Source of the DNA: Octopus sinensis
Lineage: Eukaryota
DNA length: 64,000 bases
Direction: 5' to 3'
Assembly: GCF_006345805.1 (NCBI RefSeq)
Contig: NC_042998.1
Span: 135,036,001-135,100,000, forward strand
Within the stretch, counting starts at the first letter, position 1. The number at the start of each line of letters is the position of its first letter. The translations under genes and the position numbers were made by a program. The notes under the pieces are model-generated. The model did no database searches. It saw nothing but the letters and a program-made list of their open reading frames with translations, and had not been told where the DNA came from. Below are positions 23,850-34,819 of the stretch, piece after piece.

Positions 23850-26100
23850 TACCTATAATACTCCAATTAAGGGTGTACTCTCTTTTTCTAGATTTTAATT
23901 CCCATATATATTAACTTAAGCCTGTAGACTTACTTAAACTGGGATTTTTAAAGGTCTGGTAGTGTTGGGATATTCTTTTTTAATTTCATTAGCTGTTGAT
24001 CCAATATAAGCCTTATTTATAATTTTATTATTATTGTTCTTAGAGCTAACTATACATTTATAAATTAAATTGATATTACAATTATTAGAGAGCTTACATT
24101 TAGTCTTATCATGACATGAACATTTTTCTATGTATTGATTAAGACTTCTATCACTATCGGTTATATTATGGCTAGAGCTATTATTTATTATGCTATTATA
24201 ATAATTATTTAATTTCTTATTATTTATAGAAGAAATGATATTTTCTATATTTCTCGATGTTGAGTATCCTACTCTTATGGTTTTATTGGAAAATATATTT
24301 GAATAACTATTGCCCTTTTTAAAAACCATTTTTACTATTTTAAGTGTCTCCTTAATAATATTAGTCATAACTTGAGCCCCATAGGAATAATTAACCATAT
24401 AATATCTTTTTTATTTTTTATATTATCATTATTAGTAGACATCATCAGTATTAAATTGTTATTCTTAGGTATATTATATCTCTTCTTGTATACTTTACTA
24501 TGTTTCTTACTATTGCTCATATTCTCATTATCAATATTACTATTATTATTGTAATCATTAATAACAATTATATTGTTTTTATCTTTATTTAGTTTGTTAT
24601 ATTGTCTTTTATTATTATTATTCAATTTTTTACTGTTAGATTTATTATTAGTTTTATTAGGAATACATTTTCTTTTTGGTTTTATTTTGCATAAAGCTGC
24701 TTTTGTTATATATATATATATATATAATCCAAATAATAATAAGACAAGGAAATTGTTTAACATATCTTTAATGATTCGGTACAATTGTTTCTGTACCAAC
24801 TCTGCTTGCAACGTCAGTTTAAACAAAAATTCAAAGAGAAAATTTGTATTGTTTGCAGTTCATCGGACTTGCATCAAAATTTGCTGTTACACTGTGCATC
24901 TTCTAGACATTGTTTTTGGATTATATCAGGAGGAAACAATAAGTAAATATGCTTATGGGATGAGTAAGTCATGTAGAGATCATGTGGAAGGGGGGGGGGA
25001 GTAATATAGAATAAAAAGAAGAGGAAAAAGGAGGAGGAGTAGGATAAGAAGAAGGAAAAAGAAACAGGAAGAGGAGGAGAAATAGAAGGTAGGGAAAAGG
25101 AGAAGATGCTAATAACCTTAATAAATTAGGTATGGCTATATATCGCAAATTGCTTTATCTAGACTTAGGATAGTGGTTAGTCAGTACAACTATGCTACTG
25201 GCACCAAGTCCTTTTATTCTTCACCAAACTCACATTATGGTGTGACCATTGTGAAACTAAGATTTTCTACACTTGAAAAATTCCAGCATTGGTCTGGAAC
25301 CCAACAGTGTTGATAGCTCAGTATTCAAGTTGAATGCTACTCCGGAAATACCCTACCAGGATCTAAGATTTTTAATATATATATATATAAATTAAATAAT
25401 CAGAAAATGGAGAAAACTTTAGATCAACAAACAAGCCAATTGGACCACATCTGTAGATTATTTTTTAATACAAAACATAACATAATGTTTCTATGCCATA
25501 ACAATTCTTATGGCTGTTTCCGCTTCCAATGTCAGTCGGTGCCTATGAAAGAATTAAGAAAATGATATTCTTCATCTTTATAGGATATTCAAACTAGTAC
25601 ATGGAACTTCATCAGAGTGAATACAAAAGTGTCCCAAAAATAAAAGGGAAGAGGGTTTAAGAAAGAAACATGGCCTAGAGAAGAAGCCAAGAGGCTTAAT
25701 ATATTAAAATCATACCATCTTCCATTGTAGGGCTTCGAAGTCAATAGGCAAAAGAGTGATCTAGCAGTGGTCTAGGGAAATATTTACGAGTTATTTCCAT
25801 ATAAAGTGGGGAACCAGGATGTTTTAAAAGTTGTGAAAAGAAAAATAATACAAGAAAATTACTAACATGTCTAGAAAGAGAATAGTACCTATGTTATCAT
25901 AAATAGTGCTAGTTGATATTTATCCAAAACAATACCGTAGGGTTCTTATGATAGGGTACTTACTGAAATATTGTACATAACACCACCTGTTGTCTGCAAT
26001 GAGATAGATCGAAGTCTTTCCATCTCTACGATTGGTCAATTATATTTGAACCAAGGGTAAAAGTTAAAACTGTTTCAAGGGGTATGTAAATAAAAAAAAG
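23850..26100 (-). mobile_element. Penelope-like element remnant (RT plus GIY-YIG)
   Basis: NIFSNKTIRVGYSTSRNIENII, CSCHDKTKCKLSNNC, LIYKC...AYIGST: PLE linker and GIY-YIG; upstream RT heavily degraded. Confidence 0.8.
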
Positions 26101-26739
26101 AAGAAGAACCAGTAAATAAAGTGTGCGGGAGAGAAGACTATGATATAAGTGGTATGAGGCTGCTTATGGCTTTTTGCAACATTTCAACATCACATAAATA
26201 AGAATAAATAAATAGATAAATACTGTCAGACAAAATAATATAATTTTATAGCTAAGGGGAGACAGAGTTTACAGATGAATATATAAAACCTACTAAAATA
26301 ATGTTAGATTTCGTACCCTAGATAGCAAATAAAATTCAAGTGATGATAATAATGGACAAACAAGTAAATGTCTACATATAACTAAGAAAATTCTACCTTA
26401 TAGGTACACGAAAGGGCAAAAGCACAAAACCACAAACATTTAAGCAATTAAGATTTAAGGCCAAATCACATGTTAATTAGTACCATGAGTATAATTCTCA
26501 TGTTCCAACAGTTTACAAAAATTACTTAATATGCATTACATTATCCTAAAAGTTAGGTTGTTCATATCATTAAATTTAATAATTTCAAAAATTATATTGA
26601 CCCTTACGTGGGTGCAGTCATACTAGGTCTACCAACAAATTACACTTTCAATCCTGTTTACTTTTTATATATATATATAAAATAATAATAATGATAATAA
26701 TAATAAAAAGTGACAACAAAAGAATGAGACTGTAAAGAA

Positions 26740-26960
26740 TTAAGACCAAATTATCCAGTCATAGGTGTTAACTATAGGATTTACTGGAAGATGTTGGTCA
26801 AGTGTAAACCCTACACCAACGATAGTGGTAAGTGCAGTCTTTGCAATATGGAAAGATGGCTCATCTGGAAAAGTTCCTTGGACCCTGCAACACATGAAAA
26901 TTCAAGAACAGAACTTTTAGGATCATGTCCACATGTGACAAAATACCTGTTATGGTTTTG
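26740..26960 (+). mobile_element. PLE GIY-YIG C-terminal fragment
   Basis: YWKMLVKCKPYTNDSGKCSLCNMERWLI...NSRTELLGSCPH matches the W..L....PY.....CxLC..E...N.R.E....C.H tail of Penelope endonucleases. Confidence 0.8.
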
Positions 26961-27399
26961 GGCCCTGCCAAGATTACGGCTAAAATCCACATTTTTACTA
27001 TGTCCCTGCACAATGTTTCCATGTGTCTTAACATTTTATATATATATATTTTTAGTTTTTTCGTTTTTAATTGTGTGAATGTGTACGTGTGTGAGTATAT
27101 GTATATATTTTATATGTATATGTGTGTGTGTATATATATATATGTGTATATGTATGTATATAAGTGTAAGACTGTGACCGGTGCATAAGTGTAACTTTCA
27201 TGTACACGTCCCCTTCATTTATACGGATATGCATATGCTTGTATACGTCCAACCCATGCTAGCATGGAAAGCGGACGTTAAACGATGATGATGATGATGA
27301 TGTGTGGGTATAGGTGTGTGATAGGAGGACGTATGTGTGTGTGTGTGTGTGTGTATAAGTAAATAAATGGAGTTGAACGCAGATGTTATTAAAATTCTT

Positions 27400-28195
27400 T
27401 TACTTTCGACATATGTTTCAAAGACAACATTGGTTTTATTCCAAAGGAATAAACTGTGCAAAATAATGCAATCTTCTTATCAGGAAAGAAAGAGAACCTA
27501 TCTCAACAAGACATTATAACAATTTTGATGACTGCATAAGTGATAAACAGAATGCTATTAAGTATTTTTAAAAAAACCGTTAGTAGATCCAACATCAAAG
27601 GCAGACCCTAGGAAGAGAAGGGGTAAAGAAATAATAAGTAGAGAACAAATAAAGCGGTTAAAGAAATATTGGTTAAAGAAATGTTCAAAGGCTTGGAAGT
27701 AGATTTCTCTATAGAAGTAAAGTGCAAGTTGAACTAAATGTTCAAACTATAAAGACTGGTAAAAATCACTTATATGAGCTAACGGTATGTTTCTGCCAGT
27801 GCTTACATTTGTAAGATCGCTCTATAAGTGTGTTAACAAGGTGATTCTTAGAGAAGAGTATATGCAAGAGTTCAGAGTTGCAAATGTTACAAAATCCTTT
27901 GCCCTTATCATAAGGGAAAGATATGGACAGGATGAACCAATCTAACTTAAAATCTTTATTGTTGTCTTTAAGATACCAAACCAATTTACTTAGCCCTGTG
28001 CTATAACGTTTACTGCTATCCCTAAATGAAGAATAATGATTGGAAATTCTCTTAGATAACTGGGAAGAAGATGCGCCAATGTAGAAGTAGACATTGGTAA
28101 TGCAAGAAATTTTACATTGGTATATAGAATTCTTAATCTTAGAATTATTAGACATAAACTTAACTCTGTTGGGGTTGTCCCTGGAGAACAAAACT
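27400..28195 (-). mobile_element. PLE 3' fragment: GIY-YIG ORF (28191-27766) plus pseudo-LTR with hammerhead
   Basis: SIYQCKI...FYIGASSSQLSKRISNHYSSF...LSKLVWYLK...CNICNSE...CKH. Confidence 0.88.
27403..27488 (-). ncRNA. Type-I hammerhead with extended stem II and a G8A core mutation
   Basis: CUUUC-CUGAUAA-GAAGAU...GUCUUU-GAA-ACAUAUGU-C^GAAAG; 5-bp stem I; inner hairpin UUUAUUCC uuu GGAAUAAA. Confidence 0.75.
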
Positions 28196-28714
28196 ATGTT
28201 TTATTGCTATTATTATTATTAGCTGTGTAGCTTCCTCATGATAAGTGGGAAAATGAATTTTGTGTGTGAATAGTTGATTATAACTAAACATGTTCACTCA
28301 ACTGTGTTGGCCTTCTTTTTAGGTGCAAAATATACTGTCACATTACACATAGCAGGAAATGTACAAAAGGTTATAATCTTAATCATGTGTTCATTTTCTA
28401 CAAACACTTGATTGAAAACATTCAGAGCATTGATTGTTTGAACTTGTTCAGTCAACTGTGTCAGCCTTAACTTATGATGCCAAACATTGTAACATAATGT
28501 GACTGTCCTCTACCAATCAAATCCTATTCAAACATATACTAATTTGATCCATGAACTCCCTATAAAAACAGGGCAAACTTCAAACACTAATCAGAAACAA
28601 GACAGCTGCAACATAAGCCACTTCTTTCTATTTGAACTTTTTGAAAATCAGTGTAAATATTTTCACTATTCTCAGTGCATTTTCAACTTCTTTTTTTCCC
28701 TATATATATTTTTT

Positions 28715-29123
28715 CTTTTATTCCTTTACTTGTTTCAGTCATTTGACTGTGGCCATGCTGGAGCACTACCTTTAGTCGAACGAATTGACCCCAGGACTTA
28801 TTCTTTATAAGCCTAGTACTTGTTTTGTCGGTCTCTTTTGTCGAACTGCTAAGTTACAGGAACATAAACACACCAACATCGGTTGTCAAGCAATGGAGTG
28901 GGAACAAACAAAGACACACACACAAATATAAACATACATATGTATATATATATATATATATACATGATGTGCTTCTTTAAGTTTCTGTCTACTAAATCCA
29001 CTCACAAGGCTTTGGTTGGCCCGAGGCTACAGTAGAAGACACTTGCCCAAGGTGCCACACAGTAGGATTGAACCCGGAACCATGTGGTTGGGAAGCAAGC
29101 TTCTTGCCAAACAGCCATTCCTG
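28715..29123 (-). mobile_element. tRNA-derived SINE family A
   Basis: Full-length reverse copy. Confidence 0.88.
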
Positions 29124-29158
29124 ATTCTATATATAAAAAGTTTATAATTATTATCAAG

Positions 29159-29478
29159 TATAATTATAATAAAGGGCACATATACACCTACTTGCTAGAA
29201 AGAGGAGCTAAATCCTCAAGTAAATCCCTGAATTACACTGAAATATATAACAGACCAACAGAAATTGGGCTAGTGAGAAACAATTCATCAGAAACATCAC
29301 AGACCAAAGCTGTAGAATGAAGAATTCTTCATTCTACAGCTTTGGATTGTGTACTTTGGTCTGTGATGTTTATGAGGAATTGTTTCTCACTAATCTGATT
29401 TCTGTTGGTCTGTTATATATTTCAGTGCAATCTGGTGGTTTACAAGTAGGCACATATGCGCCCTTTATTATAATTATA
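29159..29478. repeat. 320-bp foldback with a perfect 42-bp central palindrome (29304-29345)
   Basis: CCAAAGCTGTAGAATGAAGAATTCTTCATTCTACAGCTTTGG is its own reverse complement; outer arms pair with indels. Confidence 0.92.
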
Positions 29479-29633
29479 AACATTTTATTCTCTAGCTATT
29501 GAACACTATTATTACTTGCTACCACCTTTATTTTTGTTGTTGTTATTATCTATTATTTAAATTTATTGTTGATAATAATAACAATAAAAATATCTTTATG
29601 GATATTCATTTGAATATTAACTCTTTATATTCA

Positions 29634-30040
29634 GGTGCAGGAGTGGCTGTGTGGTAAGTAGCTTGCTAACCAACCACATGGTTCCGGGTTCAGTCCCACT
29701 GCGTGGCATCTTGGGCAAGTGTCTTCTGCTATAGCCCCGGGCCGACCAATGCCTTGTGAGTGGATTTGGTAGACGGAAACTGAAAGAAGCCTGTCGTATA
29801 TATGTATATATATATGTATGTGTGTGTTTGTGTGTCTGTGTTTGTCCCTCTCGCATTGCTTGACAACTGATGCTGGTGTGTTTACGTCCCCGTCACTTAG
29901 CGGTTCGGCAAAAGAGACCGATAGAATAAGTACTGGGCTTACAAAGGATAAGTCCCGGGGTCGATTTGATCGACTAAAGGCGGTGCTCCAGCATGGCCAC
30001 AGTCAAATGACTGAAACAAGTAAAAAAGTAAAAAGTAAAG
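29634..30040 (+). mobile_element. Young full-length tRNA-derived SINE family A
   Basis: GGTGCAGGAGTGGCTGTGTGG (A-box-like), GGTTCAGTCCC (B-box-like), internal microsatellite, aagtaaaa tail; CpGs retained. Confidence 0.9.
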
Positions 30041-30057
30041 TATATATATATATATAT

Positions 30058-31297
30058 ATCATCATCATCATCATCATCATCATTTAACGTCTGCTTTCCA
30101 TGCTAGCATGGGTTGGACGGTTCAACTGGGGTCTGGGGAGCCCGAAAGCTGCACCAGTCCAGTCAGATCTGGCAGTGTTTCTACAGCTGGATGCCCTTCC
30201 TAACGCCAACCACTCCGAGAGTGTAGTGGGTGATTTTATGTGCCACCGACACAGGTGCCAGACGAGGCTGGCAAACGGCCATGCTCGGATGGTGTTTTTT
30301 ATGTGCCACCGACACAGGTGCCAGACGAGGCTGGCAGACGGCCACGCTCGGATGGTGTTTTTATGTGCCACCGACACAGGTGCCAGATGAGGCTGGCAAA
30401 ACGGCCACGATCGGATGGTGCTTGTTACCTGCCCACAGCACGGAGGCCAGTCGATGCGGTACTGGCTACGGCCACGTTCGGATGGTTTTCTTGTGTGTCA
30501 CGTGCCACCGGCACTGGTACCACAAGGATACAAATTCCATTGATGTTCATCTATTTTGATTTGTTTTGATTTGATTTTCACTTGCCTCAACAGGTCTTCA
30601 CAAGTGTCACAAGAAGGAAGGTATGCACAGGTGGACTGACTACGTCCCAGGTAGGGGCCATGGGTTATGGCCTGACTAGTCTTGCCGGGTCTTCGGATGG
30701 TGTTTTTATGTGCCACCGACACAGGTGCTAGACGAGGCTGGCGAACGGCCACGATCGGATGGGGTTTGTCATGTGCCCACCGCACTGACTACAGCACTGA
30801 TGGATTTCTTGTGTGCCACAGGCACTGGTACCACAAGATACAAATTCCATTGATGTTCATCTATTTGTCTATTTTGATTTGATTTGATTTGATTTGATTT
30901 TCACTTGCCTCAACCGGTCTTCACAGGTGTCACAAGAGGAAGGTATGCACAGGTGGACTGACTAGTCTTGCCGGGTCTTCGGAAGGTGTTTTTATGTGCC
31001 ACCGACACAGGTGCCAGATGAGGCTGGTGAACGGCCATGATCGGATGGTGTTTGTTACGTGCCCACAGCACGGAGGCCGGTCAATGCGGAACTGGCTACG
31101 GACACGTTCGGACGGTTCTCTTGTGTGCCACCGGCACTGGTACCACAAAGATACAGATTCCATTGATGTTCATCTATTTTGATTTGTTTTGATTTTGATT
31201 TTGATTTTCACTTGCCTCAACAGGTGCCGACACAGGTGCCAGATGAGGCTGGCGAACGGCCACGATCGGATGGTGTTTGTCATGTGCCCACAGCACG
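30058..31297 (-). mobile_element. RTE-3'UTR-derived element with internal 62-bp and higher-order tandem repeats
   Basis: Reverse complement matches the 3' end of the RTE at 63815-64000; the unit gtgccaccgacacaggtgccagacgaggctggca recurs five times plus a partial copy; (GAT)n tail at 30058-30084. Confidence 0.88.
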
Positions 31298-31298
31298 G

Positions 31299-31353
<55 letters not shown>

Positions 31354-31634
31354 GTATATATATATGTATATTCATCTGGTATGTGTGTGCTTGCCTGTGT
31401 ATGCATATGCGAGTTGGTGACTCATTGGTTGCAGGGAAGAAATTATAGAGAACTGCAGTTCTGTGAAAGTAAGGATTGTGGTTAATGGGAGAGAAAGAAT
31501 ATTCCACTAGATTCCTTTTTCATTTTCTGAGGTGCTAAGGCTGTTGTTGTATTAGAATGAGTAAGGAGACAGTATGTCTGAAGGTCAAAAGATGTATAAT
31601 TACTATGAAAAAGTGATAAAGCACCTTACTTTGC

Positions 31635-31636
<2 letters not shown>

Positions 31637-31667
<31 letters not shown>

Positions 31668-31745
31668 TGTATGTATGTATGTATGTATGTATGTGTGTGT
31701 GTGTGTGTATGTGTGTGTGTACGTATGTATGTGTGTGTATGTATG
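31637..31745. repeat. (TATG)n-(TG)n microsatellite
   Basis: Direct reading. Confidence 0.95.
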
Positions 31746-34077
31746 AATGTAAATTGACAGACAGATAGACTCATAAGACTGAATGTTTTGATATTTCCAA
31801 TTAACTTTCAGTTGCTTGTTAAATTGAATAGCTTCATTGTAAAGTTACAATAAACTGTAACCTTTTTGGAGATATCATATTTAACCTTTTCTTCTGTTAT
31901 ATCATTTTCTTGCAAGTGAACATAGTTTAAATAGACTTAACATGATATCATTGTTTGGTTGTTGGGAAGAAACTTGTCAATGCTTTTCATTACAATAACG
32001 AAACTGACTTACCTTTGCACACTAAATAAACAAGAGTTGACCAAGGTCTAGCTAACAAGATATCAGATATAGATCATCCTGTCTGAGAAATACAGTCAAT
32101 GTTATTTAACTGTTTTTCCCTTCTGAAATAGGATAGCTTGTATCAGTCAGATTTGATGAACACAAATCTGAGAGATATAAACTATTCAATTTCATAGAGA
32201 AAAATAGATTTGCGAGATATGTGGCATATATTTGAAGGAAACAAACAATCTCATGTAAGAACAACTGCTTCCCATACTTCAAGGATTATTTCTCTGATCA
32301 ATCTGGGAAGTTTTTAGTGTAGATGAAGCTTAAAAAGCTTAGCTATTGCTCACAAGTAATCATGACTTGGTTTAAACCATGCTTTTGTTAGTTGTTTCAG
32401 ATGCCTATTTAGTTGTGAACATAGACACTCTTGACCATCTTACCCTTCACCTTGTGGAACAATAATGATGTGAAACCTGGAGGAGAGAAAGATGTGCTTT
32501 TTCTCAGGAATTGAACTGATGATCTTATAAGTGAAAGCCCAACACTTTAACCACTATATTTTAATATCTATCTAGTGTAGATAGATAGCAAAATAAAATA
32601 GCTATCTACTTTTCTATCTTTGATAATTTGATACAAAAGCATATCTATGTATGTATGTGTGTGTGTGTGTGTGTAAAATTCATCATTATCCCCATTAGCA
32701 GCATTGTTTTAAAGTCCACTTTTCCATGCTTGCATGGGTCAGATGGAATTCATTAAGACAGATTTTCGAAGACCAAATGCCTTTCCTGTCACTAACCCTC
32801 ATCTGTTTATAGTCAAAATAATATTTGGCCATGACTGGGCATGTTTTCTTGGCAGATTGAAAACAAACAACACTAATTATATGACAGTGACAATTGTTTA
32901 CAACTATCAAGTAATGTCAAGATTAGGAGCCACTAACATACACACACATGGACTTCTTTCAGTTTCTGTTAATCAAATCCACTCACAAGGCTTCTGTTGA
33001 CCCAGGGCTACAGTTGAAGGCACTCGTCCAAGATGCCATGCAATAGGACTGAACCAAAAATCATGTGGTTAAAAAAAGCAATCTTCTTAATCACACAAGC
33101 ATGCCCATGTCTCAGTTATACAGTGATAATTGTACCTAGACATCCTAGATTGCATTGCAACAAAAAAACCTTCCTGACTGATTGGCATAAAGTCACTTAC
33201 CAACACATTCCAACCTGTGACCCACACACATTGCTATCTCTTGACCTTACCTTTTCTTCTTTTACTTCTATATTGATACAGAGACTTCTGCTTTTCTACA
33301 CTGGGTGGTCCTCTGCCACTTCCAACCAGGCATTCTCAATTCAGTCTCTGCCTTCTTTTGTCGCTCACACTGTGTTTGTTCTCCTAGTCCCTGCACTAAC
33401 AACTATGCCCTGTCATTCTCAGAATATTAACCTACTTAAATCCGTAGTAAAACAAGTTTTTTTTTAATTCTGCAGTCATTGACTTGCAACTGTTCAAGGG
33501 AAACATCAACCATTTCAAAAGGGCTGTGTTGGCCCTAGGTACAACCACACCTTCCTCCTGACCACCAATAAAAAGCATACTGGCAGAAAATTAAGACAAA
33601 AGATGGAAGGGAAATAATTATAAATTTATTTTTTTAAATGCATAGAATATAGGTCAAGATTTTGTTATTAATATTAAAAAGTAAGAAAGGAATATAGAAA
33701 AAAAATTAAATGGATCTCTTGGTTAAAACTGAAAGCCTTGGTTTGATTATCTGCTGTGTAAAGTAAATGTGTTATTTTCTAAAATTGGAGATGGTTTATG
33801 ATATAGCACTGATGAGTGAATCATGTATTGACACCTTATGATACTTTTCTGCTCTAACTACCAATTCTTGCTGGTTGAAGTGAATGTAGAAACTCAAGAT
33901 ATTTGTGCAGTCATTGTCATTTAATGGCTATTAGAAGGCAAACAAAATCTTCATTTGGCAGTTTAGCATAAAGTTTAATGAGATGCTCATAATTTATAGC
34001 AGAAGCATGATTTTCAAATGTATATATGAAGTTTATGAAACATAAAAGAAAAACTATGCACTTAAAGCAAGCATATA

Positions 34078-34450
34078 GGCGCAGGAGTGGCTGTGTGGTA
34101 AGTAGCTTGCTAACCAACCACACGGTTGCGGGTTCAGTCCCACTGCGTGGCATCTTGGGCAAGTGTCTTCTGTTATAGCCCCAGGCCGACCAATGCCTTG
34201 TGAGTGGATTTGGTAGACGGAAACTGAAAGAAGCCTGTCGTATATATGTATATATATATGTATGCGTGTGTTTGTGTGTCTGTGTTTGTCCCCCTAGCAT
34301 TGCTTGACAACCGATGCTGGTGTATTTAGGTCTCCGTCACTTAGCGGTTCGGCAAAAAGAGACCGATAGAATAAGTACTAAAAGGTGGTGCTCCAGCATG
34401 GCCGCAGTCAAATGACTGAAACAAGTAAAAGAGTAAAAGAGAGTAAGAGT
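34078..34450 (+). mobile_element. Young SINE family A with about 50-bp internal deletion
   Basis: Near-identical to 29634 but lacks the gggcttacaaag...gatttgctcg block. Confidence 0.9.
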
Positions 34451-34819
34451 ATATAATGAGACTCGAGAGAGATTTTCTACTCTTCTAAAATATGCAAATT
34501 GAGGAGACAAAATATTGGAAGTGACTGATGCATTAACTTATCTGGTCAGAACTATTTATTTTGCTCATCTAGTGGTCCATCTCCAACAGAAGACACTACC
34601 TGTGGCTGCAAATTGAGTTAAGGACTATAGAAGTCAAACTAAAGTACCATTTGCTTGCTCAAAACATTCTACAATGCTGATTCAAAGGGCAAGACAAGAA
34701 GTAGACTAAAATATAGTGCTTGGGTTTTGAGGGAGACCAGAAGGAATCCACTGCAATAAATTGCCTAAAAGGTTAGAGACCTTAGATAACTTTTGGCAGA
34801 AGAAAGTTTATGAGAAGTA

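Noticed and set aside
28310-28470. Polypyrimidine-AG suggesting an extra exon
   Set aside because: No donor, no recognisable peptide and no gene context.
29634-29710. tRNA-like sequence
   Set aside because: It is the head of a multi-copy SINE; no complete cloverleaf or discrete tRNA end.
30238-31297. Regular hairpin-containing repeats resembling a CRISPR array
   Set aside because: Eukaryotic context, no unique spacers, no cas genes; the sequence matches the RTE 3' end.
33809-33850. CTGATGAG followed by a weak hairpin
   Set aside because: No GAAA after the stem.
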